DNA of 64,000 nt from a virus, in IMG/VR virus record IMGVR_UViG_3300006033_000016, positions 32,001 to 96,000 of that record; one strand, given 5' to 3'. Every line of letters begins with the position of its first letter. Within the stretch, counting starts at the first letter, position 1. Below the pieces are notes generated by a model that worked only from the letters and a program-made list of their open reading frames with translations, had not been told where the DNA came from and did not search any database. This document shows, one piece after another, positions 29,696 to 38,272 of the stretch. The position numbers were made by a program, and so were the translations under genes.

Positions 29696-30079
29696 TCAGT
29701 TGTTTGGGTCATCAGAAAATGTCCATCCTGAGTTTGGAACAAAGTGACGGTCGTGAATTGCTTCACATACCTGTTTCGATAGGCCAAGCTCCTTGTAGGC
29801 TTGTTCCCAACGACCCATCTGAACTTGTACCATGTTGTACTGACCGCTTAGGTGCACTAAATTGCCTCCTTCGGACAGCCAATAAATTCCGTCAGATTGA
29901 GGCTCATTGGCCACACTTACGTCCTCTAGTGACCAACACCTAAGAGGTGTACCATCCATGGCGTATTGGACTACCACCCAATCTGACCCCATGGCCCCCG
30001 CACCACAGGCCGAGCAAGAACGCTCAACGCCAGCGCAGGACACTAACCCCAAAAGAATCAAACGCAAAATCCAACGCAT
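29696..30079 (-). CDS. putative lipoprotein
   Basis: MRWILRLILLGLVSC lipobox-like signal. Confidence 0.6.
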   Translation of the reverse strand: MRWILRLILLGLVSCAGVERSCSACGAGAMGSDWVVVQYAMDGTPLRCWSLEDVSVANEPQSDGIYWLSEGGNLVHLSGQYNMVQVQMGRWEQAYKELGLSKQVCEAIHDRHFVPNSGWTFSDDPNN

Positions 30080-30080
30080 A

Positions 30081-30491
30081 TCACATCACCTTGGGTTTGA
30101 GTATCTCGTCTAACTCATGCTCGAAGCTAGGCCCCAAAACACAGATGGAGTAGTCTAGCAACGAAGTAGGTATCGAACTGTGTTTGTGATGCTGGGCTTC
30201 GAAGTATATTCTCCAAAACTCTTTTTCGTCGTCTACGAAAACAAACTCTTGGCGTCTATAACCCACCAGCCATATGTGTAGAGGAGAGTTTGCCGAAAAC
30301 TCAGCTGACACAGAAAGGTAGTCAGGAGGACACGGACCATCTTCAGATGAGGAAACAACAAACTCTGTTTGCATGAACCCCAGAATGGAACTAATGCTTG
30401 CTCTCGTACACTTCTCAAGAGACTCTGTAAGAGTTTCTCCTGAGGATTTTCGGATCACGAAAATCTGTTTGACCCTGCTGTGGTGTATCAT
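30081..30491 (-). CDS. divergent Pth2-like peptidyl-tRNA hydrolase fold
   Basis: KQIFVIRK, HIWL and ICVLGP...LDEI layout; GK and DAG motifs not recognisable. Confidence 0.4.
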   Translation of the reverse strand: MIHHSRVKQIFVIRKSSGETLTESLEKCTRASISSILGFMQTEFVVSSSEDGPCPPDYLSVSAEFSANSPLHIWLVGYRRQEFVFVDDEKEFWRIYFEAQHHKHSSIPTSLLDYSICVLGPSFEHELDEILKPKVM

Positions 30492-30795
30492 ATCACACCC
30501 GATATTAGGAACGCATCTTTCGCATCTCGAAAGGAGAAGGAAACGGCTTTAGTTGAACGGGGCGGTGATCAACCGGAACCCGGAGCAGTTTGTGGTTTCT
30601 CCTCTGAGGAACCATATCAATAACTGGGCCTCTAGGAGCAGCTACAGCCCCACAGGAAGCACATGTGGGTGTAGGAGGAATTACGCTCCAATAAATAGTA
30701 GGGACACAAACTGTACCACCGCAAAGGGAACAAGTGCCTATTACCTGTTGATTGTAATACATATCTTTCTTCTTTCTTCTAGGACGATCCTAGAT

Positions 30796-30871
30796 TGGAG
30801 CGGGCGATGGGGCTTGAACCCACAACATCCAGCTTGGAAGGCTGGCACTCTACCAATTGAGTTACACCCGC
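30796..30871 (-). tRNA. tRNA-Gly(TCC)
   Basis: CCAGC-CTTCCAA-GCTGG, TCCA end. Confidence 0.93.
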
Positions 30872-30893
30872 TTACTGTCTTTACATAACACTA

Positions 30894-30967
30894 GGAGACG
30901 CGAGAGGGATTCGAACCCCCGTCCATTAGATTTGCAATCTATGTCCTAACCACTCAGACATCGCGTC
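30894..30967 (-). tRNA. tRNA-Cys(GCA)
   Basis: TAGA-TTGCAAA-TCTA, U discriminator. Confidence 0.88.
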
Positions 30968-30972
30968 AAAAT

Positions 30973-31175
30973 TAGCGCCCCTGGGAAGACTCGAACTTCC
31001 ACCACCTAAACCAAAACCTAGAATTAGGAAACGCGCTTCCCTAGCGACCCTGGTCCTCAGTGCCATTCGGTGCCTCTGCAACCTTAAGGTTTCCCTGCTT
31101 TATAGGCAGGTGCTTAGATGCCATTTACGGCCCGGCTCCGTTTTTCCGGTGTTCTTCCTTTTGAACTTCAGGGGC
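30973..31175 (-). ncRNA. tRNA-like RNA (Arg-like scaffold) with ~140-nt insert replacing the anticodon arm
   Basis: GCCCCTG/CAGGGGC acceptor, D arm GTTC-AAAAGGAA-GAAC, T arm GGAAG-TTCGAGT-CTTCC. Confidence 0.72.
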
Positions 31176-31176
31176 T

Positions 31177-31262
31177 TGGTAGGGATGGAGGGAGTCGAAC
31201 CCTCACGGCCTTTCGGCCACTGGATCCTTAGTCCAGTGCGTCTGCCATTCCGCCACATCCCT
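31177..31262 (-). tRNA. tRNA-Leu(AAG)
   Basis: CTGGA-CTAAGGA-TCCAG, long variable arm, ACCA end. Confidence 0.88.
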
Positions 31263-32085
31263 ATTTCATGAAATCACGCCAAGGACTACGTACCCGCTCT
31301 TAGCTTTCATCCCGTTGCATACACTAAGAATGTACGTTCCTTTTCGCTGACACAGGTATATGTTACGAGCATCAGGAGCATAATAGCTGGTAGGTAAAGG
31401 AACAGCCCACACTTCCGGTGGGTCCCACGGTCCTCTTACAAAGAGAGCTTCTCTATCCGTCAGCAGGGACTTTCTAACCTTGAGACAATATTCTTTTTGT
31501 TCTTCCGCAGACACTTCTGATTTGGTTCTAACGGAGAGACTTCTTACATGAGCCTCTAGCGTAGAAAGCCGACTCTCTAAGAGGGAGATCTTCTGCTCTA
31601 GCGGACGTCTCTCATCTTCTCTCTGACGTCGCGCCTCTTCCTCTGCTTGCTTGCGTCTCTCATTTTCCGCCTTCGCAATTCTGCGAGAAAGAGCGAGTTC
31701 TTCTGTTCTCCGATCACGATCCATCATCTCCGCTGCCCCCAGCGAGACCTGGCCCAGAGAAGAACACCCGCAAACTCTTTGATACGAGGATCGTTGTGTT
31801 GTAGGAGACAGCGCAACGTGTAGTCTATATCTTGTGTGGCTTCGTACAGCTTGTAGAACTCTGCCCGAACAGCAGACACAAATTCTTGGTCTATGTTCTG
31901 CGCAGTGGATAGAATGTTCCACCCAGACTCTTTTCCGTCAAGAATCAAAATAGAACAAGAAATGATAATACTTCTCTGCTGAACGCCCAGCAAGGGCTTA
32001 GCTTGTGCCTCATGTCTGCTGATAGAGGCAGCCATGCGTCTACGAAATGGGTGGTTTGAGGCTCTAGACATAAAACTGGCTTTCT

Positions 32086-32163
32086 TGGGGCGACCGGGGA
32101 GATTCGAACTCGCCGACCTTCAGGGCCACAACCTGACGCTCTAACCTACTGAGCTACGGTCGC
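32086..32163 (-). tRNA. tRNA-His(GTG)
   Basis: TCAGG-TTGTGGC-CCTGA, C discriminator, CCA end. Confidence 0.9.
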
Positions 32164-32170
32164 ATTTGGT

Positions 32171-32200
32171 TTGACAATAAGTGTACACTTATGTTACACT
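32171..32200 (+). promoter_or_regulatory. sigma70-type promoter of the plus-strand protease gene
   Basis: TTGACA-18 nt-TACACT with extended -10 TG. Confidence 0.65.
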
Positions 32201-32206
32201 AGAGTA

Positions 32207-32884
32207 GTGAGGTGGGTACTCCTAATATTACCTATCTTTTTTCTTGGGTGTATTGCCCAAAGGTGCGTAGGGTACACTTTACCCAACTATCTTGGGCCAC
32301 ACAGAAGCGAAATGAGCCTAGGAGTATGTCACACCCCAAATTGGTGGAATAGGGATAGTTTCCCCTTACAGATATTCATACAGGCAAACATGCCTGATAA
32401 TTACGTCGTCAGCATTGATAAGGCCGTAACACGTTGGAATAACGCTCTAGGAAGAGAGTTTTTGGTTATTAACCGAGAAGTATTCCCTGCTCCTCTCCCG
32501 ATAGAACGTGGAGTAATACACTTCAGCTACGCAGATTTAGAGGATGCCAGCGAAGATTACAGAAAACTAGGAGAGGCCAGACGAAACGTATCACGAAGTA
32601 CGGGAGAAGTACGGAGTGTACTAATCACACTAGATGTAGACATCTCTGAGAGATATATGGTGTCGACTGTAGTGCATGAATTAGGTCATGCCTTGGGCCT
32701 GCGCCATGACGAGTCATCTCCAAGAAGTATCATGTATCCAACAATGTGGGACAGGAATCAAATCATCTTTGAGGAAGATGTTGAGGCAGTTCGTGCGCAA
32801 CTACCAATAGAGGAACTGGAAGAGATAAGAGTAGAAGTGGACCTCACTTTGGCATGCTACGAGCAGGATTTCCTACTACAATAA
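32207..32884 (+). CDS. matrixin/metzincin zinc metalloprotease, exported or lipoprotein
   Basis: HELGHALGLRH, Met-turn SIMYP, hydrophobic N-terminus with LGC; GTG start inferred from promoter position. Confidence 0.88.
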   Translation: MRWVLLILPIFFLGCIAQRCVGYTLPNYLGPHRSEMSLGVCHTPNWWNRDSFPLQIFIQANMPDNYVVSIDKAVTRWNNALGREFLVINREVFPAPLPIERGVIHFSYADLEDASEDYRKLGEARRNVSRSTGEVRSVLITLDVDISERYMVSTVVHELGHALGLRHDESSPRSIMYPTMWDRNQIIFEEDVEAVRAQLPIEELEEIRVEVDLTLACYEQDFLLQ

Positions 32885-33001
32885 TAGGGGCTACGTTTGC
32901 TTGTACGATCCACTGCTTGGCTCCTTGATTCCCAAGAAGGGCACACCGAGCCAAGCAGACTACCTCAAAAGTAGTTAACCTTCTACTCATATTCACTCCA
33001 G

Positions 33002-33087
33002 GGTGGGGTATGATGGAATCGAACCACATAGCACAACGGCACTTGGTTTACAGCCAAGGGGTCGTCCCAGCGACCTACTCACACCCC
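33002..33087 (-). tRNA. tRNA-Tyr(GTA)
   Basis: CTTGG-CTGTAAA-CCAAG, variable arm, T arm. Confidence 0.82.
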
Positions 33088-33094
33088 TGAAGAG

Positions 33095-33242
33095 GCAAAA
33101 GCACAACAAGAAACACTCTTACACCCTAGTGTATCGGTCAGGGCACCCGACCTCTGGAAGGATCAGTCCCAGCGTGCATATGCGGTGTCAGCCGCTTGCC
33201 CTCATTCTTGCGTAGCACACTGACATGTGCCTGTGCTTTTGC
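33095..33242 (-). ncRNA. candidate structured RNA with kissing loops
   Basis: closing stem GCAAAAGCACA/TGTGCTTTTGC; two hairpins with complementary loops TGTCAG and CTGACA. Confidence 0.55.
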
Positions 33243-33319
33243 GGCGGGAATAGTGGGATTTGAACCCACGGTCTTCGCTGTGACAGAGCGACGTCCACTC
33301 CAGGCTGGACCGTATCCCC
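33243..33319 (-). tRNA. tRNA-Asp(GTC)
   Basis: TCGCT-CTGTCAC-AGCGA, G discriminator. Confidence 0.92.
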
Positions 33320-33322
33320 AAA

Positions 33323-33477
33323 TAGGTGACAGAGAATTGAACAATCTATCCTCCTTACCTTCACAAGGAAGGCAGTGGAGACGAGCACCTTGTTGCCTTG
33401 GTTGCCCTCACTAGCCCTCTCAGGGAGAGGACATCGCTACCTTAGGATCTTTATGTAGATCGTTCAGCATTCACCTA
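33323..33477 (-). ncRNA. Y RNA-like RNA 5 (non-tRNA apical domain)
   Basis: stem TAGGTGA/TCACCTA with the same GAATG...TACA and TCTGT motifs; three-hairpin apical domain without a T loop. Confidence 0.72.
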
Positions 33478-33481
33478 AAAA

Positions 33482-33967
33482 TCAGCTACATGGCTCCGGA
33501 GGTGTTTTCTTCTTAAGTCTGTACCTGGCCGCTGCCTCTTTATGATACAACTTACACAGGGTGCACCTACATTTATGTAGGTTGTATCCGCTACTAGTTC
33601 CATGATGGAACCCCTCTATACGAGGTGACCTAGTTTCTAGGGAGTGAACCTTACGCCGAAGGTCGTCCTCCGAAAGAAGAATAGGAGAAGGACACTCTAC
33701 ACCTGGTATATTGTGAATCTCACGGTGACAATTAGCACACAATAGAACAGTCTTGCTCACTTCTTCTGCGATCGAGGAAAAGCTTCTGAACAAACCCTTG
33801 TAGGACAGACCGAAGTCCTTGTCGCTTCCAGGGTGATGGAACTCCAAGGCAGCACTACATTTGTCATAGCCACAAATACGACACCGACCTCCAGCCAGCT
33901 TTACAATAGCTTTCTTTAGCCGTGAACGTCGTTCTCTAACGTAGATAGCATGTTCTCTTTTATTCAT
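33482..33967 (-). CDS. HNH endonuclease
   Basis: GGRCRICGY, ALEFHH, LLCANCHREIH, C-terminal HGT...CRCTLC. Confidence 0.88.
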   Translation of the reverse strand: MNKREHAIYVRERRSRLKKAIVKLAGGRCRICGYDKCSAALEFHHPGSDKDFGLSYKGLFRSFSSIAEEVSKTVLLCANCHREIHNIPGVECPSPILLSEDDLRRKVHSLETRSPRIEGFHHGTSSGYNLHKCRCTLCKLYHKEAAARYRLKKKTPPEPCS

Positions 33968-34014
33968 AGCACTATTTTACATTGAATAGTGCTTTAATCT
34001 AACACTAAGCTACG

Positions 34015-34089
34015 TGGCTCCGGGGGTAGGATTCGAACCTACGACCAATCGGTTAACAGCCGACCGCGCTACCGCTGCGCCACCCCGGA
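34015..34089 (-). tRNA. tRNA-Asn(GTT)
   Basis: GTCGG-CTGTTAA-CCGAT, GCCA end. Confidence 0.93.
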
Positions 34090-34093
34090 AAAT

Positions 34094-34194
34094 GCGACGA
34101 CAGAAAGGAAGAGTAGGGAACCATCCCGTTTTTCGCTGGAATCGAACCAGCGTTCGCTCTTTTGGTGCAATGTATACCCTTCAGCATTCGTCGC
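34094..34194 (-). ncRNA. Y RNA-like RNA 6 (minimal)
   Basis: stem GCGACGA/TCGTCGC with GACGAATG; T arm CGCTGG-TTCGATT-CCAGCG plus one small hairpin. Confidence 0.8.
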
Positions 34195-34393
34195 TAAAGT
34201 TGTCTTCATCATCCTATTCAGTTGTCAATCCCCTTCTATTCTGGGTAACAACTGACTGGGGAAGATCTTGTTACCTGCTGCTATCAATGCACCAATTGAG
34301 GAAGGAACTAAAATAGTTCCCTCCTCCAATATTAGCGTCTAGATGTATCAGCAAGCAACTCACCAGGTGGTTGTAGCATACACGAAAAACGAG

Positions 34394-34780
34394 TCAAGGA
34401 AAAAGTTCAGGAAAGTGACGCCTTACCAAAAGAACGACAGCGTCACAGTCCTCTGCTCCTAACTCTCCCATGTGAATCTCGCGGCCCATCTGAGTAGACA
34501 GCCATTGGTAGGCGGCTGTACGCGACAACAGCCTACTTTTCCAGATCCTATCGAAAGCGTTATGAGCCTCTATCCTCTTTTTCTTGGTGAAAGAGTCTGC
34601 AGGAACTCCAAGGGGACGGCCATCCTTATGCGCCCCTATCCCACCATTACACCCCGAAGCCCACTTTGAACAGCCATAAAAAGGGCGATCAAATCGGCGG
34701 CTGTACTTTAGAGTGAGAACACCGGAGCAATCAGGCTCGGGACATGGGAAAGTAGGAGGTTCAGTGTTACTTGGAGGCAT
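34394..34780 (-). CDS. zinc-finger protein (DUF3268-like phage family)
   Basis: CPEPDC, FYGCSKW, PLGVPAD, AHNAFDRIW, AYQWLS, IHMG. Confidence 0.75.
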   Translation of the reverse strand: MPPSNTEPPTFPCPEPDCSGVLTLKYSRRFDRPFYGCSKWASGCNGGIGAHKDGRPLGVPADSFTKKKRIEAHNAFDRIWKSRLLSRTAAYQWLSTQMGREIHMGELGAEDCDAVVLLVRRHFPELFP

Positions 34781-35411
34781 CGACTACTTTGCGATACTGG
34801 CGTAGCGCAGAGTAAGGAGCGGGATCATGACTGAGAGGCAACATTTTTACGCGCTCAACTGTGGCACCTGAATCGTAAAGTGGCCTACCCAAATCTGTCA
34901 GCATATTGTAAGGCCTGTACTCAGGCTCGTATTCCTCGTCTTGCTCCTCTTCAGGAGTGCCCGTATCCTCTCTAATCTGCCATGGGTTTGCATTGATCGA
35001 GGTCCCGTACCAGGCCAGCCACCTAACCTTGTTTTCTTTCACAAGCTCCTCGATTCGGCTTGCTGCTAAGGGTAGGTGACAAACAATATTAGGCTCGGAG
35101 TATACTTCTGCAAACTTCCTCAGCGATTGAGCATAGATTTGCATGTCTTCGCCACCTTCAATGTAGTTTCCCTCGTCAGCCATCGCGAAGACATTGAGTT
35201 CAAATGGAGCCAGCTTACCAGAAGAATAGACCCACCGCATCAACTTCTCCCAGTCATCAAAACTGAACCCTGTGGCATTTATCTCCTTGGCGTACTTCTT
35301 CGCCAGAGCATTCCAGATCATTGGTTGGTTGCCCCAGGAATTTTTTAGCTGGAGAAAAGCGCCCATTTCCGGGTCAGCGTCCGAAGCTCCCATCAAATAA
35401 CTGCTACTCAT
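34767..35411 (-). CDS. hypothetical protein
   Basis: 214-aa ORF tiled with neighbours. Confidence 0.65.
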   Translation of the reverse strand: MSSSYLMGASDADPEMGAFLQLKNSWGNQPMIWNALAKKYAKEINATGFSFDDWEKLMRWVYSSGKLAPFELNVFAMADEGNYIEGGEDMQIYAQSLRKFAEVYSEPNIVCHLPLAASRIEELVKENKVRWLAWYGTSINANPWQIREDTGTPEEEQDEEYEPEYRPYNMLTDLGRPLYDSGATVERVKMLPLSHDPAPYSALRQYRKVVDASK

Positions 35412-35451
35412 AAGATCCCTTCTGTTGATGCCACGCTATGTGTCATGAAAG

Positions 35452-36291
35452 TCAATCCGGATTTTCTTCTAACATCCAAGGTGGATTGACGTGTACGAAA
35501 GCAGAGGCGTTTTTGTGCCCTCCCCCGCCGAACTTTTCAGCCATCTTGGCAACGTCGAAAGACCCATTAGAGCGGAGTGAGTACTTAAACTTCCCATCAG
35601 GTCGACGATACCAAGCAACAGAGAAGAATTCAGGAGCGGCCAGCTGGTTCAACAGATCGCTCAAATTGATACCAGAAGCATTGACCACAGGAACATTGTC
35701 GAAGCCACAGAATCGAACAAAGGCAGTGTTACCCTTACATCCGTCAATCTGGATCTGATTAGCACGCTCAATGGCTCTACCTTCTAGGAGAATCGAGTCC
35801 ATATCGTGCTGAAGCCTGTGCGCCAAGTGAGACCACGCCTCAAAGTCATACAGGGGATAGCTACCAAGAGAGGCGCTCACAGTTCTAGAATGAGGAAGTT
35901 TCCACGCCCAAATGTCACGATCCTCTACGTACGAGACGATTAGGGGACGAGGAATGTCAGGATGGAAAAAGTCCCAAGCCATTCCAGCGCCAGATCGGTT
36001 CATGTCGAAAGTACAGTATTCATTATCCCCACACATATCCTGAGCAGATTTATGATGGTCCAGCACACGAAGCGTGCGAGAACGATGAGCCCATTCAACA
36101 ATCTTTGCGACAGGAGGGCAGAAATCCAAAAAATATACATCCTTTCCGTCCACAGGAAAGTCTAGTGCCTTTCCATGAATGGCAGGGAAATACTCCGCCT
36201 CATCACCGAACTTCTTCCATGCACTCCAGGCAGCCGTCCACCCGTCTGTGCACTCCCCGTGAAACACAATAATCGTTTTCTTAGTGGTCAT
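35452..36291 (-). CDS. DHH/DHHA1 phosphoesterase
   Basis: HGECTDG, LDF, LDHHKSA, RSGAG, DRD, SLRS, FGGGGHKNAS; start MTTKK inferred. Confidence 0.92.
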   Translation of the reverse strand: MTTKKTIIVFHGECTDGWTAAWSAWKKFGDEAEYFPAIHGKALDFPVDGKDVYFLDFCPPVAKIVEWAHRSRTLRVLDHHKSAQDMCGDNEYCTFDMNRSGAGMAWDFFHPDIPRPLIVSYVEDRDIWAWKLPHSRTVSASLGSYPLYDFEAWSHLAHRLQHDMDSILLEGRAIERANQIQIDGCKGNTAFVRFCGFDNVPVVNASGINLSDLLNQLAAPEFFSVAWYRRPDGKFKYSLRSNGSFDVAKMAEKFGGGGHKNASAFVHVNPPWMLEENPD

Positions 36292-36930
36292 AATATCCGA
36301 TCTGCGGGGACGCAACGTTCTCCACCCGCTCAACTGCGTGGTGCTTTGTTCCGCCACTCTGAGGGATCCTCTCCCTGACGCCATGCTTTGCGCTCCTTGC
36401 GAAAGAGGTAGGCATAGCCACGCCTTTCGTGCCCGGCGCGGTGTATAGGTGGTTGATAGAATGTTTGTGTGGTGGGGTCCCGGTGCGGAGCCGGGAGCCC
36501 GAAGACACGTACGCCCGGCTCAGGGATACCAGCAGCGTACGCCCACTCTGCCCACGTCAGCCCTTCGGGGTTAGTCATTCGAATCCTCCGGCAGCTTGAT
36601 GAGTTCTCCTGGTATCCTGCGGTTGCCTGAGAACTTGAAGACGTGGTGTGTCGTTCAGCAGTCATGCTATGATCTTTCAGGATGAAAGTGAGGAAACGGG
36701 AAGGAATAATCTAGATAACCCACAATACGTCTCGCCTGGAAGAGAGACATACACTATGCCATGTCTCCTCTCCAAAATCGTTACGCTTAACTTATTGTCA
36801 TCTGTCACAAAAGACTCATCCACAGTTAGACGAAGCTGTTTACCCTCGTATGCGAAAGAGACTTCTCTTTCACAAGAAAAGAGACCGGGTAAAACAGTGT
36901 CTAACTGGAGGTGGTCATAGCTCTCATTAA

Positions 36931-36969
36931 ATAAAAAGGCGAGGCCAGCATAGCCTTGCTGACCCCGCC
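36931..36969 (-). terminator. intrinsic terminator after the permuted tRNA-like RNAs
   Basis: GGCGGGGTCAGCA/TGCTGGCCTCGCC hairpin followed by TTTTTATTT on the minus strand. Confidence 0.75.
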
Positions 36970-37011
36970 CAGATGTAGTCCTACTTAGTAGGTACCCGTT
37001 TCATTTTTTCA

Positions 37012-37170
37012 CGCCAACGACATTTAATCTCGTTTTTTAGATCTAAGTGCCTATGTCATTCCATTAGACCACCCCTTCGCTCAGCAACCAAAAGAATTTG
37101 GTTGCTGAGCGAAGGGGGATGGAGTTGAACCATCATCTTAGGCAAGGGTAAACGAGAGGTTGAGATGGCG
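37012..37170 (-). ncRNA. circularly permuted tRNA-like RNA B
   Basis: T arm GATGG-TTCAACT-CCATC, 21-bp perfect acceptor-like hairpin, D arm TGGTCTAATGGAATGAC, basal stems TGCCTA/TAGGCA, TCTCGTTT/AAACGAGA, CGCCA/TGGCG. Confidence 0.75.
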
Positions 37171-37178
37171 ATCGATTC

Positions 37179-37360
37179 GGGTCTCCAAGATTAGAGAATA
37201 GACTAACGAAGGGATTGAGGGGTACTAGCCTCTTCCAGTTGGGCTACCTCCCCATAAAATGGCGGGGAGGGCAGGATTCGAACCTGCACCCGATCGTACC
37301 CATATTCAAGTTGAACTTGAACTTGTTCTCTTTCCCTAACTCAAGTCCCATGGACTTGAG
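37179..37360 (-). ncRNA. circularly permuted tRNA-like RNA A
   Basis: T arm GCAGG-TTCGAAT-CCTGC, CCTCCCC-GCCATTTTAT-GGGGAGG, D arm TAGCCCAACTGGAAGAGGC, stems GGGTAC/GTACCC and GAGAA/TTCTC. Confidence 0.78.
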
Positions 37361-37380
37361 CAGAGTTCTACATGTCTTCT

Positions 37381-37397
37381 AGTATGTACAGGGTTCG
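37381..37397 (-). promoter_or_regulatory. repeated phage promoter-like motif, copy 4
   Basis: minus strand CGAACCCTGTACATACT directly upstream of RNA A. Confidence 0.6.
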
Positions 37398-37413
37398 ATC
37401 TCCTGTACAACCG

Positions 37414-38148
37414 TCAAACACCAGAAAAAACGTAGCTGAAGATGGCTCCAGAAACTTCTTTCTTGGTCACAGTGACGGAGTTGGCCTCCTCACGAGCAAA
37501 TTTAACAGCCTGTTGAAGCTTGTGAATGCGGTCCAGGATGTCATCCTTCTTTTCCTGGGTCAGGGCCCCAGAAAATCGGGTCTGGCGCCAGTATCCGATG
37601 ACTACGTCCTCGGACACTTCCTTGACCTGAGCAGGATGCTCTTTGGTGGCTGGATGAAGAATGACGGGCTTGATGGTCTTCTTAGTCTTAGCAGTCTCCA
37701 CTACAGGAGACCGGAAAGCAGATTGACCGTCATCCCACTGCCAATTCTCTGACGGGTCTAGAATCGGCATCTTAGCAACAAAGGTGTGAAGATCAGTTAG
37801 CTGCTTCTCAAGAAAAAGCAAGTAAGTCACAGGAACAGCAGTAAGCAAGGACGTACCATCAACCTTTACGTCAGCCACAGCTGACATATTGGCACTATCC
37901 TTGGTGAAGGTTACGTCAAAAAGCTCGGAGAGAGCCGACTGGACCTCTTTCAGAACATTCTTTGCCTTAATCTGCACCTTCTGGCTCTCAGGGGGAAACT
38001 TCTCACCCTCCTCGTTGAGAGGTTGGTATGTTCTTTCCCTACCGTCGTACAGAGCCTGCGTCTGTGCTTTACGATGAAGGTCAGTGAGAGCACGGGTGGA
38101 GGATGCTTTGACACCCTTTTCGATGGCCAAAACTTGGTTGAGTTTCAT
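37414..38148 (-). CDS. conserved uncharacterised protein (recalled as DUF7873-like, unverified)
   Basis: KLNQVLAIEKG, RTYQP, LFDVT, VPVTYLLFLEKQLTDL, HPAQV, FSGAL, AVKFAREEAN resemble a family recalled from Actinobacteria and phages. Confidence 0.7.
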   Translation of the reverse strand: MKLNQVLAIEKGVKASSTRALTDLHRKAQTQALYDGRERTYQPLNEEGEKFPPESQKVQIKAKNVLKEVQSALSELFDVTFTKDSANMSAVADVKVDGTSLLTAVPVTYLLFLEKQLTDLHTFVAKMPILDPSENWQWDDGQSAFRSPVVETAKTKKTIKPVILHPATKEHPAQVKEVSEDVVIGYWRQTRFSGALTQEKKDDILDRIHKLQQAVKFAREEANSVTVTKKEVSGAIFSYVFSGV

Positions 38149-38195
38149 GTGAGTCTCTTTGTGTTTAGATTTAAAAAGTAGGCAGGTAACCTACT

Positions 38196-38272
38196 TGGCG
38201 CGTCCGGTAGGAATCGAACCTACAACCTCTGATTTCGTAGACCAGTTCTCTATCCGATTGAGATACAGACGC
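38196..38272 (-). tRNA. tRNA-Arg(ACG)
   Basis: CTGGT-CTACGAA-ATCAG, GCCA end. Confidence 0.92.

Noticed and set aside
37072-37117. 21-bp inverted repeat as a simple terminator or MITE
   Set aside because: No T-tract, and it is flanked exactly by T-arm and D-arm sequences, so it fits the acceptor hairpin of a permuted tRNA-like RNA
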